Positions 48,991 to 61,839 of a stretch of DNA of 64,000 bases are shown in pieces. The position numbers were made by a program, and so were the translations under genes. Within the stretch, counting starts at the first letter, position 1. Each line of letters opens with the position of its first letter. Below the pieces are notes generated by a model. That model had not been told where the DNA came from, made no database searches, and saw only the letters and a list, made by a program, of their open reading frames with translations. The stretch lies in assembly GCF_009914755.1 (NCBI RefSeq), contig NC_060925.1. One strand, given 5' to 3'. This DNA comes from the human T2T-CHM13v2.0 reference genome, Homo sapiens.

Positions 48991-51900
48991 ATGGGCATCT
49001 AAAGAAGGAAATGTAGACATCCCTTACAGCATCAACTAATTAAATATAACAATTAATCTTTGCATGTTTCTATTTGCATATTAGATGTTTGTGTTTATTT
49101 GAAAATGATAGCTATTTTTCATATTTTGTATACAAGTTGTTGAAAGTTAACTTTACAATTTGGTCTTTAAGTGACAATATTTAGTGGGATGGTGACTGAA
49201 TTTTGAGGGGCAATGAACATATCTAGTGATGAATATAATGACTCTTAGTGATTGTATGTCTCCTCATTTGGGGAGAAGTGGGAGAATTTTTCACTTGTAA
49301 GAATGATAACTGTGTGTTCAACAGAAATATAGTTATTTTCTTGTTGAACCAGAAGTTCAAATATATGTAGAATGGTGCATACGGAAGCTGGAAGGTCCAA
49401 GGGGTAGATTGGCCACTTATCAATTACTGCCTCTTTGCCCCCAATTCATCTTTTTGCCTGCTCTGTGAATATGAACCTGGGCCCTCTAAACATTGCTTTC
49501 ATTACCAGCTGCCACAGGTTTGTCAGTAGAGGGTACTGAAGTGTTGTGCAAGAGGAAATGTTCTGATTCCTGGTGCTTGTGTGGTCACTGTGTGGGAGTC
49601 CTTGCAGTGTATAAAGCTTTCCTCAAGACCAGGCTCCCAAAATTCTCACAGTCTTCAGTGCCCAGCTCCTGTAATACATGGAAGCCAGAAGAACTAAGCA
49701 GCTGTAGCTGTTCTTGGCCTCTCGCCACCTTGGATACTATTTGTAGCCCATTGCCTTTGGTTTCTTCAGCGCTCATAGTTTCCTCAAAACCAGTCCCTGA
49801 AGTATACAATCAACACATAGCAATAAACAGTTTTCCATACCACTTTGTTTTGGGCAGTTTTGTAGTGAAATGCCTCAGAAGAGGTACTATCCCATGAACA
49901 GCCTTTCCTAACACCTCGGAATTAGGATTTCCCACAAGTTCCAGAGGGCACATTTCCAAGTTTCCTCAGCATGGCGCCACGATGGCTCCTCTGTACTCAG
50001 TGAGCTATGGCTGTGTCCTCCCAGCAAGATGATCTCAGCCCTGGGCAAGGGGCTCCTCTTTATGCATTCTATCTCTGCCCTGGGAGAATGTGCTGTTCTT
50101 TCCATCTTTTCTTGCTATAGTGTTTTTTTTTTTTTTTAATTTCTCTTAGTTTTTCACTAGCCAATCCCTTATTATTTCTATCCCCTGTTACGGTACATAT
50201 TAATATTTATGTTAAATTTCCCTTGTTTATTATATGGTTTCCCTCTTTTTATTGGATGCAGACTAACACATGACTTTTATCTCCATATAATTAGTAGTAT
50301 TTCATTTAAAATATGTCCCTTCTGTTTCTCTAATTTAGAATTTATACTATATATTCTTGTATTGCTTACTGTGTTATCCACAGCATATAGTACCCACCAC
50401 TGTTTCATCTCTTCATCAAGCTAAGTTTCTGCTCCTTAATTTGTTGTTTGTTTTTTCCTGAGTGTTTTTCTCAGATGAGGTTTGGGTGCCAGAATATTTT
50501 CATCAGTTTCAGCATATATGTAGTGTTTTGTGCCTCTTCTAATTATTTTATTTGTGTTCTGTCTCTGGCATCTTCTCCACTTTTGATGTATTATTATTAT
50601 TTATGTTTATTTGCAACAGTTTTCTGCTGCTAGGTTACCTTAAGTTTCAGCTATTCCAAGATGTATGAAAGATTCAGTGATCTCTGTTTCTATGCATTGT
50701 TTATAAATCTGTGGATTATCAATTTGAGGCAACAGGAGCCAATTTATTTACTACCCATTCTTCTATGGCCTCGAAGCCTGATGTGTTTAACCTTTCTATA
50801 AGAATATGAAAACCTCTACTGAATAATTTTTTCCTGTGATCTTCCATATAGAGAAATATAGCTCAGGGTGGAGAAAGCCTTGCACATCTATGCCAGGGTC
50901 AGCCTTCCTGCTGCCTCTGAAATGTCTTTGTTCCAGGGAAGTATATGACTCAGTGTTGTAGGACGGATTAGTGGGAAATCACTCTAAAACACCCTACTGT
51001 CTCCTCCTCACTCAATACAATACAGAAATGTTTGTAAGATGCTTATGAGTCTATACGAATATATGTGTATATATATATACACACACACATATGAACATAA
51101 GGAAATTTATACCACATTTACTTACCACCTAATAACACATCAATATCTTCTAGTACCAACAACTATATAGTTTATACAATTCAAAAGTATCTATACACAT
51201 ATTCAGAAAATAAAAAGATAAATTTTCTTACAATATATTTTATACGAGCTTCTTCAACTTATTAAATATATTTGTTCAATGAATCTCCTCTAAAATATTC
51301 CACACTTGCAAAAATTTCTAGCTCCTTTAAATATTATGTCTATTAGAATGAATATCATATTTTTGTACTTCATTGTGTAATATATATCCATGAGTAAATA
51401 ATTATAGGCTTGTACTATATGAGAGATATCTACCAAAGAGGACACACAGGAAAAATAAAGCCTATATAACCTACAGGGTTAAAAAAGGAACTTTAACTAA
51501 ATCTTGCAAAATAGCTACATGTTCACAGATGATGCTATAAATGCCTATTGTGCTTTGACAAGATAAATATAAAGCAGGGAGCAGGGAATTTGGGGACAGA
51601 GTAGAAAGAGGAAGAAGTTGGGCACAATGAAAAAAGGACTTTATTGTTAATTTTGAAAACGGTGTGAAATAATTCAGATCTAGGGTTTTCTTCTTCTTAA
51701 CATTATCAATTTGCCTGTTTTGGGCTTTTGATTCCATTCATAATTGGAATATTTTGACAAACTGTAAATTAATGAATCACTTTGGTACAGAAACTGAAAG
51801 TGTCTTTTTTTCTAAAATAAACTGTGTTATTTCTCCCCAAGACTAATGCATGTGAACCGGAACAGCTAGACAATTTATCCAAGAGAAAAATTAAGGACTA

Positions 51901-52782
51901 AATGAACCATGCAATGTGTTTATGCTACTTAATGTATAAGAAACTATAGAGAATGAACTTTATGTGTAATTTTGCTAGTGAAGTCACACTGTTGTCATGG
52001 AACTTCTGCTCTACTATTGATTTTTGTTTCCTCTAACATCTTCAATATTTCTGAGCTTGGCCAGGACTATACAGGCATATTTGCCATGCAACAATTTCAT
52101 AGAAAAATATCAGTATTAATATTACAATTAAAGAGTATAAATTACATTCTTTAGAAGACTGAAATTATTGCCATAGAGATGCTATTTCCTCTGTCCTTTG
52201 AGAAACCTGGCATTTGCAAAAAGACATTTTAAATATTTTTTTCTCAGTGACATAAATCTTACAAATGCAAATTTTAAAAGAGCAAGAAAAATATGAAGTA
52301 AAATTTCAAAAACTATGCTATGCATGTAGTGAATTCACAAACTACCTTGTACTTCTACTGGAGAAAACTGGGCTAGATTTCCAAAATGATTCAGACCTGT
52401 GCTGTTATAAAATATTATTAGTTATTTGACATGAAATAAGAATAAACCCTTGTCTTGTTTGCTTTAGTTTAACTCTGAATAGCATATACTATAAAAGTAT
52501 GTCTATGCTAATGTAGGAAATCCATGTAGAATGCTAGAATGGACCTTGATAAACAGTACCTAATCAGTGAAAGTTACCTCATATCGCCATTGCTGTAATT
52601 AGGTGAATCATCTACTTTTCAACAATTAGGAACCCAGCTCAAAGCACACAAGGAAGACAAACAACATTTTGGCCATAAAATCATGACTATGGGCAAAGTT
52701 TATTTATTCATCCAAGAACTATTTAAGTGCCTATTTCATGGCTATGTAGAACAGACATATTGTGGTGAGCAAACCACAATAC

Positions 52783-53390
52783 ATATCATTAAGTGAAATA
52801 GTACAATCTAAAAAGGCTGCATATTGTATGATTCCAACTATGTGACATTTTGGAAAAGACAAAAACTGTGGAGATGAGAAAACAATCAGTGGTTGCCAGG
52901 GGTTGGTGGAGGAAGGCAATGGATAGGCTGAGTATAATGGAATTTTAGGGGAGAGAAAATACTCTGTATGTTACTATAATAATGGATACATGTCATTATA
53001 CATTTTTTCATACCCATAGAATATTCAACACCAAAAGTGAGCCTTGACATATACTATGGACTTTGAGAGATTTTGATGTGTCAATGTGGATTTATCAATT
53101 ATAACAAGTGTACCACTCCTGCCAGGTGCAGTGACTCACGCCTGTAATTCCACCACTTTGGGAGGCTGAGGTGGGCGGATCACCTGAGGTCGGGAGTTCC
53201 AGACCAGCCTGACCAACATGGGGAAACCCAGTCTCTACTAAAAAATACAAATGTACAACTCCAGTGAGGGATGTTGATAATGGAGAAGGCTATGCATGTG
53301 TGTGGGAAGAAGGCATATGGAAAATCTGTATCTCCCTCTCAATGTTGCTGTGAATCTAAAATTGCTCTAAAAAATGAAGTATGTTAAGAA
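52783..53390 (+). mobile_element. L1MC1-like 3' end, interrupted by an Alu monomer
   Basis: AAAAGGCTGCATATTGTATGATTCCAACT, GATACATGTCATTATACA, TACTATGGACTTTG, GATGTTGATAATGG. Confidence 0.85.
53121..53250 (+). mobile_element. Alu left monomer only (AluSp/Sq-like) with TSD
   Basis: GGTCGGGAGTT, CTGACCAACATGG; ends at linker TACTAAAAAATACAA; TSD 53104-53119 / 53247-53262. Confidence 0.9.
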
Positions 53391-53397
53391 GTCTTTA

Positions 53398-53540
53398 GAG
53401 AAGACAGAAAAGTAAGAAAGGATAGAGTAAAGGAAAGAGGGAAGGAAATAAGGAGGGAACAGAAGGGAAAGGAGATGGGGAGGGGAAGGGGGAGAGAGGG
53501 GGTGGGAGAGGGGGAAGGGGAAGGGGAAGGAGGAAGGGAA
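53398..53540. repeat. GA-rich purine tract with G-runs
   Basis: Direct reading. Confidence 0.9.
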
Positions 53541-53804
53541 TAGTGTGGTTTTACAGAGACTATATCCTATAATGACTTAGTTTAAAATCTGTAGTACCTT
53601 ATAAGAAATAGCTACTGGAAAAGGAATTGTCCACCATATGAGAAATACTACATGCAATTACATATTTGAATGTATATGCTCTGGTATACATGTTGAGAAA
53701 GATTCACTCTATGTAACCATAAGATAGATGAGAAAGATTCAATATGAGACTAGAAAAAAATATTGGTGAAAATGTTGCTAAAATTATGAGTTTTTTTTTT
53801 TTCC

Positions 53805-54215
53805 TGTAGGGAGTTTTTGTTCATGATAAGTTTGAGAGTTTTCAAGACCATTCTCAGGTTCAATAATTTACTAAAAGGACTCATGGAATTCAGCAAACTT
53901 TTATATTTATTGTTACGGCTTATTACAGCAAAAGGTATTAAAAGAGGCACATAGGTCACAGGGTCCACTAGTCACCAAGCAGGGAGCTTCCAATTGTCCT
54001 CTCCTAAGGGAATTGTGCAGATGTTTACTCCTGTGTGTGAAAATTTGTAGAGAGTATTGCCAGCAAGGGACACTATCTAAGGCTTGGTTTCCAGAGTTTT
54101 TATTTGGACTTGGTCATGTAGATATGCTTGAGAGTCCACCTGGCTAACCTTAGTCTCTAGCCTCCTCAGAGGTCAAGTGCAAAGGTCAGACATCTTTTTA
54201 GGCAAAGTTAATACT
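53805..54215. mobile_element. MER21-like LTR fragment
   Basis: CAAGACCATTCTCAGGTTCAATAATTTACTAAAAGGACTCA, TCCAGAGTTTTTATT, CTCAGAGGTCAAG. Confidence 0.65.
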
Positions 54216-54472
54216 TTAGTGCAATTAATGTTTTATTTTATTCTAGTTTGCTTCCTGAAATGTTTTATTTTGAGACTACTACGTGAACAAATTAGGACTT
54301 CAGTATATCATGATTTATTCAAGGCTTTAAAATTGAGAAAAACTTATGCTGTTTTTAATAAGAGTAGAAACAAATATAATACAATTGTAAGGCAGTGAGA
54401 TGTAAACATGACTGAATTTGGTTGGGTTGTGTTGAGAAATAACAAGAGTAATTACAATGGATTATATCCATT

Positions 54473-54536
54473 GACAGACAGATTAGGGGTAGTCTTACAA
54501 GTAGAGGACAGACAGATTAGGGGTAGTCTTACAAGT
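54473..54536. repeat. Perfect 30-bp direct repeat with 4-nt spacer
   Basis: GACAGACAGATTAGGGGTAGTCTTACAAGT x2 separated by AGAG. Confidence 0.95.
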
Positions 54537-55675
54537 CAAGCAGGGTGAGCCATTTGGACTTGAGCTGATAAATGTGAGAAGATATTGTAGTTTCCTCAGC
54601 ATAGCAGTGAAAAGAGGGAAAAGGGATTTACAGAAGGCTATTCTTTCTGCTGTATTCAGAATGAATTCATTACTCAAATAACAAATAAAGACCTAGAAAA
54701 AGCCTCTTGCAGTAGTTTTGAAATGAGACAATTTTGGTCTGGATTAGTGTCATAGCTATTTAAATGATAAGTTGACATTAACTATAAGTTTTGACTGGTA
54801 AAGATTTTACTTTTGTAATATATTTCCTCTGATAAGGGTAAGTATAGAACAAAATGAAATGAGAAAGTCCATTTTTTATTTTTATTTTCAGTATTTTGTT
54901 TTTTTCCACCTTCTATTTATCCAGGAACTCTTGTTTCTAGAGATAAAATTGTGATATTATTATCATGGATAGTATATTTATACAGTTGCTACTTGTCTAA
55001 ATTATTATTCAAGGATTCTGTTACCCTATGAAACAGACAAGCTTCCCACTTCTTAGTTAATATTAACATTAAAGCGTTTTACATCTGAATTAATTTTTAA
55101 GTATTTTTAATAAAAACCCATATTTTTATTTTACATAGTCAAATTAGTATACATTTATGAAAGCAAGAATAATCAATAACTTCGAGTGGTATCATAGTCT
55201 TAAAGGCTGTATTTAATCACATTAAATTAAAGGGAGCAGGCACCATATAGTTAGAATTATATATTTTTTAAAAACTAAATGCATTTAAAGTTTTATCTAC
55301 ATAGCTACTTACTATTTGCTTGGAAAGCTCAGTCTTGTCATTTATTATTTGATTGTTACAGGCAAGTATTAACCTTTATATGAAAAGTATTTTGCAAAAG
55401 CTAACAGAAAAAGAATAAATTAATTGTAAAAACACATGTAAACTGTAACAAGTATCGATCCTTGAATTCTTACTGATTTCAAATTTTTAAAATGATTTTA
55501 TGTCTACCTATGTTTGACATTGATTTAAACTATTATATATTTTACAGAGAGAATGATATATATTAGAAACTAATTTGAAGGAAAAATTAGACAAAATTAG
55601 TAAAAATAACTAATTTGATTTCTATTGAAAATTGAAATTGAACCCCCTTTGCAATAATTTAATCAATAATTACAT

Positions 55676-55880
55676 AATAATAACAGCATTTATTAATCAC
55701 TTATCATATACCAGGCCTCTGTAAACAAAAGTTTTTATATAACATATCAGTTATTCCTCACAATAAATCTATAGAGTAAGGATGGTTACTTTGCCTATTT
55801 TCAAGGTAAGGAAACAAATTCAGCAACTTTTTGCCTCAACCAAGATTTTACAAAACATAGAGAATAGACCTGAGAACTAA
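55676..55880 (-). mobile_element. MIR
   Basis: AATAACAGCATTTATTAA..CTTA..ATACCAGGC...TCCTCACAATAA...CCTATTTTCAAGGTAAGGAAAC. Confidence 0.65.
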
Positions 55881-58150
55881 CTACATCACATTGCCTTCCA
55901 AAGATGGATCCTAGGATCTTACCTTCTATTTATGCCTGCTTTGGATTTAGGGTCTGTAGAAAATGTCAGTCAACAATAGCTCAAATTTGAGGTTGAAATT
56001 TAGGAGGGAAGCCAAGGCTAAAGTTCAAAAGAGCTAGCATATTTTACTAAAAATAGCATGTGGAAAACCTAATTCTACCAATTATGTCTCTGAGAGAAAA
56101 CTTCATGATCTATAAAACTGAGAAATCATGATTGTATTACTTGGTTGTCTAATGAATATAGATAATATATGAAATAACCCACTACCGCTAAGATCTGCTA
56201 GGAAGTGATTTACAAAGTCTATTTTTATAAAAATTTTCAACTAAATTAGATCTTAAATTTGAGAAATCTCATGCACTTACAAGGTAAGTAGCTTGTACCT
56301 GGAAGAATAAGGTGATGGTATAAAACTTTTTCAACTTGACAAATCTTAAAATTAGCTCGAGATTACTTAGAGCAACACTGGGTATTTTCTCTTTATGTTA
56401 CATAGAAGTGTCATTCATTGATGCCTAGGCTGAGATAATTTTTTCCTTTATACAACAGATATTTACTGAACATCTGCTAAGAACATAACTCTCTAGAATA
56501 TGCTGAATAGCATATCAGTATATTATAATTTTATTTTAATAACAATTCTCCAGGATTGTGTCTTGGAAGAAATATAGGCCAAGCCTTGTAACACTGATAG
56601 ACAAAAACTACTGCAGTAGGTGCAAGAATGGGGAAGGCAAATCATCTGAAATAATTGGAGGTTTCTTCCAGGTGGCGTGTAGATGTAGGGAATAATGAGT
56701 AGAATTTGATGATGGAGGGAGAGGGAAAAGACAATGCAAATTTTACTAACCTAGAAATAGGTCCAGCATGTTCCTACCCCCATGGATTTATTTATAAATT
56801 TCTCCTGGAAGCACAATCTGCCACAGAAATGGGTGTATTTTTTAAATTTAGGTTTTGATTATCTAGTGGAAATACTATAATGCCTGATTGATGTGTTTAA
56901 ACTTTACTTTTTTTACATACTTTAAGTTCTGGTGTACATGTTCGTTGAACGTGTTGAGCTTCAGATAATTCCTCTAAGAACAATTAGTCAGCATTTTACA
57001 ACCTCTCTTGGCCTTTTGCTTAGTTTCTTTTCATTGCTCCTTATTTATACAGGTTGCCCTGCTGTTTCCTCCCTTACAGCAAATGTGAGCACATTCCCGT
57101 ATACTCAGACACACAGGAGTGAGTGCACATATTTGTACCCAGTTTTGTATTTTTAATCAAGAGCTTTGCATAAAGCACAGCTGAAGAAAGAAACAAAATT
57201 GATGCCTTTATCTTGTTATTTTTATGTTAACATTTTAGACCTTGATTATTGTATATAGCTCATTTTATTATTTATTGTTTAATTCTTGAGATTAACATGA
57301 ATCTTATATATAGTATAATACAGAACTCAATATATTGAATATAATTGAAATAGCAAACAATATTTTCACTTGATGATAGTAGTTAAAGGAAACAGTTTAT
57401 TTTATGTTTTAATTTTCTTTGTATTAAGTGTGTGTTATTGAATAACTTTAGTCTCCTAGCAAGTCTTATTCTCTGTCATTTAATAAAATTGAATTATTTA
57501 TTCAAGGATTAATTTTCTCTTCTCCAAAAGTATTGATCTTTCTTAATATATTAAAATTTGGACAGTTAAATTCTTATTCCTAGATGGTGAGGAGTCTCAT
57601 TTTTGCAGAAAACACATTCCAGGGGCTTTCCACTTTCCTCCGAATGTCCTAACCAGCTTAACCATCAGGTAAAGTCCCTAGATCTAAACAAATGTATCAC
57701 ATTCTCATTTAGATTGTTGGGTGGTTGATAAAAACACAACTTGATTTGTTTCTCCCTGTTAGAAAACAAACCCTAACTAATGTACAAAAGGGGGTGCTGG
57801 GGAAAATGCTTATGAAAATTTTATTACTTCCATAATATAAACAGTAAAAAAAAAAAACTATATTACATATCACTTTCAAGGGAATGCTAAATTTCTGATC
57901 CATCCAACCATTTAATCCTAAGAAGCAGAGGCCCCTAATCCATGTATGAGAGTTTAATAATAACCCAGAATTTGGGACTACCACATCTCTTTTGAAAAAA
58001 GTTCCATGTCAAATTCACTAGATTGAGATTTAAATTAGGAAATAAAGTGATGGAAGCATACAGTTTCCAGGATTTGTACTCGTATTTTTCCTGAGACCAT
58101 TTCTCTCCCCCTCCAGCTTTATTGACATGAATAAGACATATTGCTGTCTG

Positions 58151-58458
58151 TACATCTTTGCCTGGTTATTTGGAAGTGTGGTTCAACTCCTTGCTTTCAG
58201 AGAAATCTTTCTTGATAAATTAGGGACTATGGACTCAGTGGTTGCATCTCAATTCTCTAAAATGTAGTTCTAAGTTATAAATGTCTTACCTTGATCCTAC
58301 ATTATACATCTTTGCCTGGTTATTTGGAAGTGTGGTTCAACTCCTTGGTTTCAGATAAATCTTTCTTGATTAATTAGGGACTATGAACTCAGTGGTTGCA
58401 TCTTAATCCTCTAAAATGTAGTTCTAAATTATAAATGTCTTGACCTGATCCCAAATTT
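58151..58458. repeat. Tandem duplication, 154-bp period, 2 copies
   Basis: TACATCTTTGCCTGGTTATTTGGAAG... starts at 58151 and 58305; about 7 substitutions in the first ~135 bp by eye. Confidence 0.95.
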
Positions 58459-58892
58459 TAGCCCTGTCTTCTTTTACTCCTGTTACGTGCCTTACATTTA
58501 GCTATTGTCACTTCTGTCCTTAATGAGATGTAGAAACAGTTCTTCATGTTTATTTTTAGTTTTTTTTGGAATGGATAGTTATAGACAGTTTCCTCAAAGG
58601 AAGAATAATCTGACTTTTACTTGATTACAGTTTGATTTGTTTATTTTCTCCGTTTAATGATAAAATGGTGTAGAGATCAGCATCTTTTACCATTGTAGCC
58701 TATTAAAGTGTTCTTGTTCTTTGGCTTCTGGGGAAAAAAAAAAAACTGTCTAACCTGAAAGTTATAAAATTTGCAACCAACTGTTGCGAATTACATATCG
58801 AGCAGACTTGACCACATTTTCCCTAAGATAAATCAAGTAAGGCCATTTTTGGAAAGTTAGGGTCTTAAATAAGCCTGAAAATTTTGTAAGCC

Positions 58893-59178
58893 TTTTTTTT
58901 TTTTTCTTTAAGACAAAGTCTCTCTCTGTTGCCCAGGCAGTGACTCGATCTTGGCCCACTGCAACCTCCGTCTCCCGGGTTGAAGCGATTCTCCTGCCTC
59001 AGTCTGCCGAGTAGCTGGGACTACGGGCGCACACCACCACGCCCAGCTAATATTTTGTATTTTTAGTAGAGACCGGGTTTCACCACGTTGGCCCGGATGG
59101 TCTGGATCTCCTCACCTCGTGATCTGCCCTCCTCAGCCTCCCAAAGTGGTGGGATTATAGGCGTGAGCCACCGCACCC
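58893..59178 (-). mobile_element. AluSc-like
   Basis: GGATGGTCTGGATCTC..ACCTCGTGATC, CACGCCCAGCTAA; 8-nt deletion CCAGGC^AGTG. Confidence 0.9.
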
Positions 59179-59444
59179 TTCTATAGCAAATATTAGTTTA
59201 TTTATTGTAACTGTTGACTATTAGTATTAAAAAAATTCAGACTGAAGTTTTCCTGCAATCATATCTATTTCGAAAATTGTCTACTTAACTTGAAGAAAAT
59301 AAGAATAGAACAAGTTATATAAATTTACCATTTTGCAGATTCTGCTGAATAAAGGGAAAAACTAATACCTTCTAAAATCAAACTACTGGCTAAAATTTTG
59401 AGAAACATCAATATTTATAATAGGAAAGATGTAAAATGAGTAAG

Positions 59445-59819
59445 TTTTTTCCAGCCTTATTGAAGTATACTTGGAAAGCAAAAATTGCATATGTTTAAGA
59501 TGTACAATATGATGTTTTGGCATTTGTGTACATTGTGAAATTATTACCAGACCAAGCTAATTAATATGTTCATTAACTCACATAGTTGTGGTTTGCTGGT
59601 GTGTGTGTATGAGTGTGATAAGAACATTTAAGATCAACTCTCTTAGCAAATTTCAAGTATATAATATAGTGCTACTAGCTATAGTCATTATGCTATACAT
59701 TACATCTCCAGAATTTATTCATCCCATATGGCTGAATGTTTGTTCACTTTAACCAAAATCTTCCCATTTTCCCCAACCTTCAGCCCATGGCAACCATTAT
59801 TTTACTCTCTGCTTTTATG
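59445..59819 (-). mobile_element. L1MA (MA7-9-like) 3' end
   Basis: TTTAAGATGTACAATATGATGTTT, CTCTCTTAGCAAATTTCAAGTATA, GGCAACCATTATTTTACTCTCTG. Confidence 0.85.
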
Positions 59820-60246
59820 TTTTATTATAAGTAATATTAATTCAGATTATTTGGGTGTGAAGAGGTTTTTTGCCTTCATTGTTTATTATACTATGCATGA
59901 TGCAGCAACTTTAGAGTTTAAAATTGAAAGTCTAGAAAGATATCAAGTAAAAGAAAATTATTTTCATTTTACATTTTAAAAAATTATTGGAATTTGCCTA
60001 GAAAGAAATAGAGAACTATAAAAAAAGACACTTTTTCCTATTTCTACCACAAAAGTAAATTTATATATATGGTATACCAAAAAGCAACAGTTTATTATTC
60101 ATGACTATATATTAACCATCAGTGGTATAGTAGGACATTGAACAGAAAGCAAAAGAAATTGTTATTGGTTTTTTCAATATATAGACTTGCATTTTTTTCT
60201 ATTTAATACATTGGGAATTAGTTTTATTATTTAAAAATGTAAAAAT

Positions 60247-60622
60247 TGAAATGTATAGTACACTGTTATTAGCTGTGGTCACCATGCTGTGCAGGAGATC
60301 ACTAAAACTTATTTCTCCTTTAACTGAAGCTTTATGTCCTTTGATTATGATCTTCCTTTTCACCATCTCTTATCCTCTCTCATATCCTTTCTCATCTCTG
60401 TATCTATGAGACCAACTTTTTTAGACTACACACATAAATGAGATCATATAGTATTTGTATTTCTGGGGAAATCGCTAAAGTAGTAGATTTTTAACATTCT
60501 CACCACACAAAAAAATTGGTGAGGTGATGGATATGTTAATTAGCTTGATTGAATCTTTCTACAATGTATACATAGATTAAAGCATCACATTGTACCCCGT
60601 AAATATACACAATAAAAATTTT
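60247..60622 (+). mobile_element. L1MA 3' end with 5' inversion (inverted ~60247-60466, forward ~60467-60622)
   Basis: The two halves are contiguous in the L1MA 3'UTR; TSD AATGTAAAAAT at 60236-60246 and 60623-60633. Confidence 0.8.
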
Positions 60623-61839
60623 AATGTAAAAATAAAATATATTATCTTTAAAAATCTTATCAAGTTTTTGATCCAATTGGTAAGCATATTAATCATAGAA
60701 AATCCAAAAAATATTTAAAATGAACAGCTTTTAAAAAATTTAATTTACTTTATTTCTTGAAGGAAAGAAAGCTAAAATTTAGCAGTAAATATTACTTTAA
60801 GATCTGTAACGCATCACTAAAAGTAGTATAATTACTAGGATTATATATGATATTTTGAAACTTTGGATGGCGATAAAGGGGAAAAGGAGTAAAAATGCTA
60901 AAACTTTCTCCACATATTTATGATATTTTTAAAAGACACATTTCATACAATGGAACTTTAGACTAAAACACCAGAAGTAACAAAAAATAATCTCTCGAAA
61001 AATGAAGTGGCAGTTATGAAGTAGTCAGTCCAGGACAAAACTTTTTGAAATATACCAGAAGAGAAAAAGTAGCATTTTTGCTTACCCAAATAAACAAAAA
61101 TAAAAAAAAGATTATGACATGTCCAGCACATGCTAAATACTACTTAAGCTCTCATTCTTTCTGTTATTACTATTATTATTTAACATTTTTAAACAAACAT
61201 TTATATTAGCAACAAAAGTTAAGTACAGAACTGATCACTTACATTTTTAAAATATTGAAAAAAGTAATCTCTGTTCTTTAATGGCATTCACTTTCTCTAA
61301 GTATGACCTTGTGACAAGTTACAATGGAAGACATAGGACGCTTTCAGAATGTTATTTCTCTCTTCTCCAAAGAATACAAAAATGAATAAGCTAATCACAA
61401 TTATGATGGTAGCTTTAGTTATATATGTAATTGACAAATAGTGATTGAAGGCTTAAACCAATTTCATATGAATAATTACCATGTAAATATCAAAGTAGTT
61501 TTTTCTTAATAAATACTAGTCTTACAGTGTATTTTAATAACTAATTGCATAAAATTTTCTGATATGCTAATTTGACCAATTGTTCAATTTTCATAAAATG
61601 TTTAATATATTTTTCAATAGAAGAAAGACAAATAATTATTGAAGCAGATGACTTTTATAAACATTAAATTATAGAATTTTAAATTATTTTTACTTCCAGA
61701 ACTTGAAAAATCTTAAAAGGCAAAAATTTTACATCCAGTAATCCTTTATCCTATTCTGTAAAGACCTCCTACTGTGCTTTACTGTTCTAAGTGATTTGCT
61801 GTCACAACATTATTTAGGAAATTAAAAGACAGACATGAG

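Larger units (their letters stand above)
47569..50270 (+). mobile_element. Deleted two-LTR ERVL provirus with LTR41-like LTRs (5' LTR remnant ~47569-47830; 3' LTR ~49409-50270)
   Basis: The two LTR segments are mutually homologous (TTTGTCAGTAGRGGG...TGCAAGAGGAAA...AGTGCCCAGCTCCT); purine tract AAGGGGTAGA before the 3' LTR; TG...CA ends; TSD GGACT/TGACT. Confidence 0.75.

Noticed and set aside
56903-56940. ~35-nt match to an L1PA extreme 3' end (ATACTTTAAGTTCTGGTGTACATG)
   Set aside because: Plausible ultra-short L1 insertion, but no convincing TSD; too short to call.
54473-58458. Direct repeats as a CRISPR-like or other repeat-spacer system
   Set aside because: Only two copies each, no spacer series, eukaryotic context.
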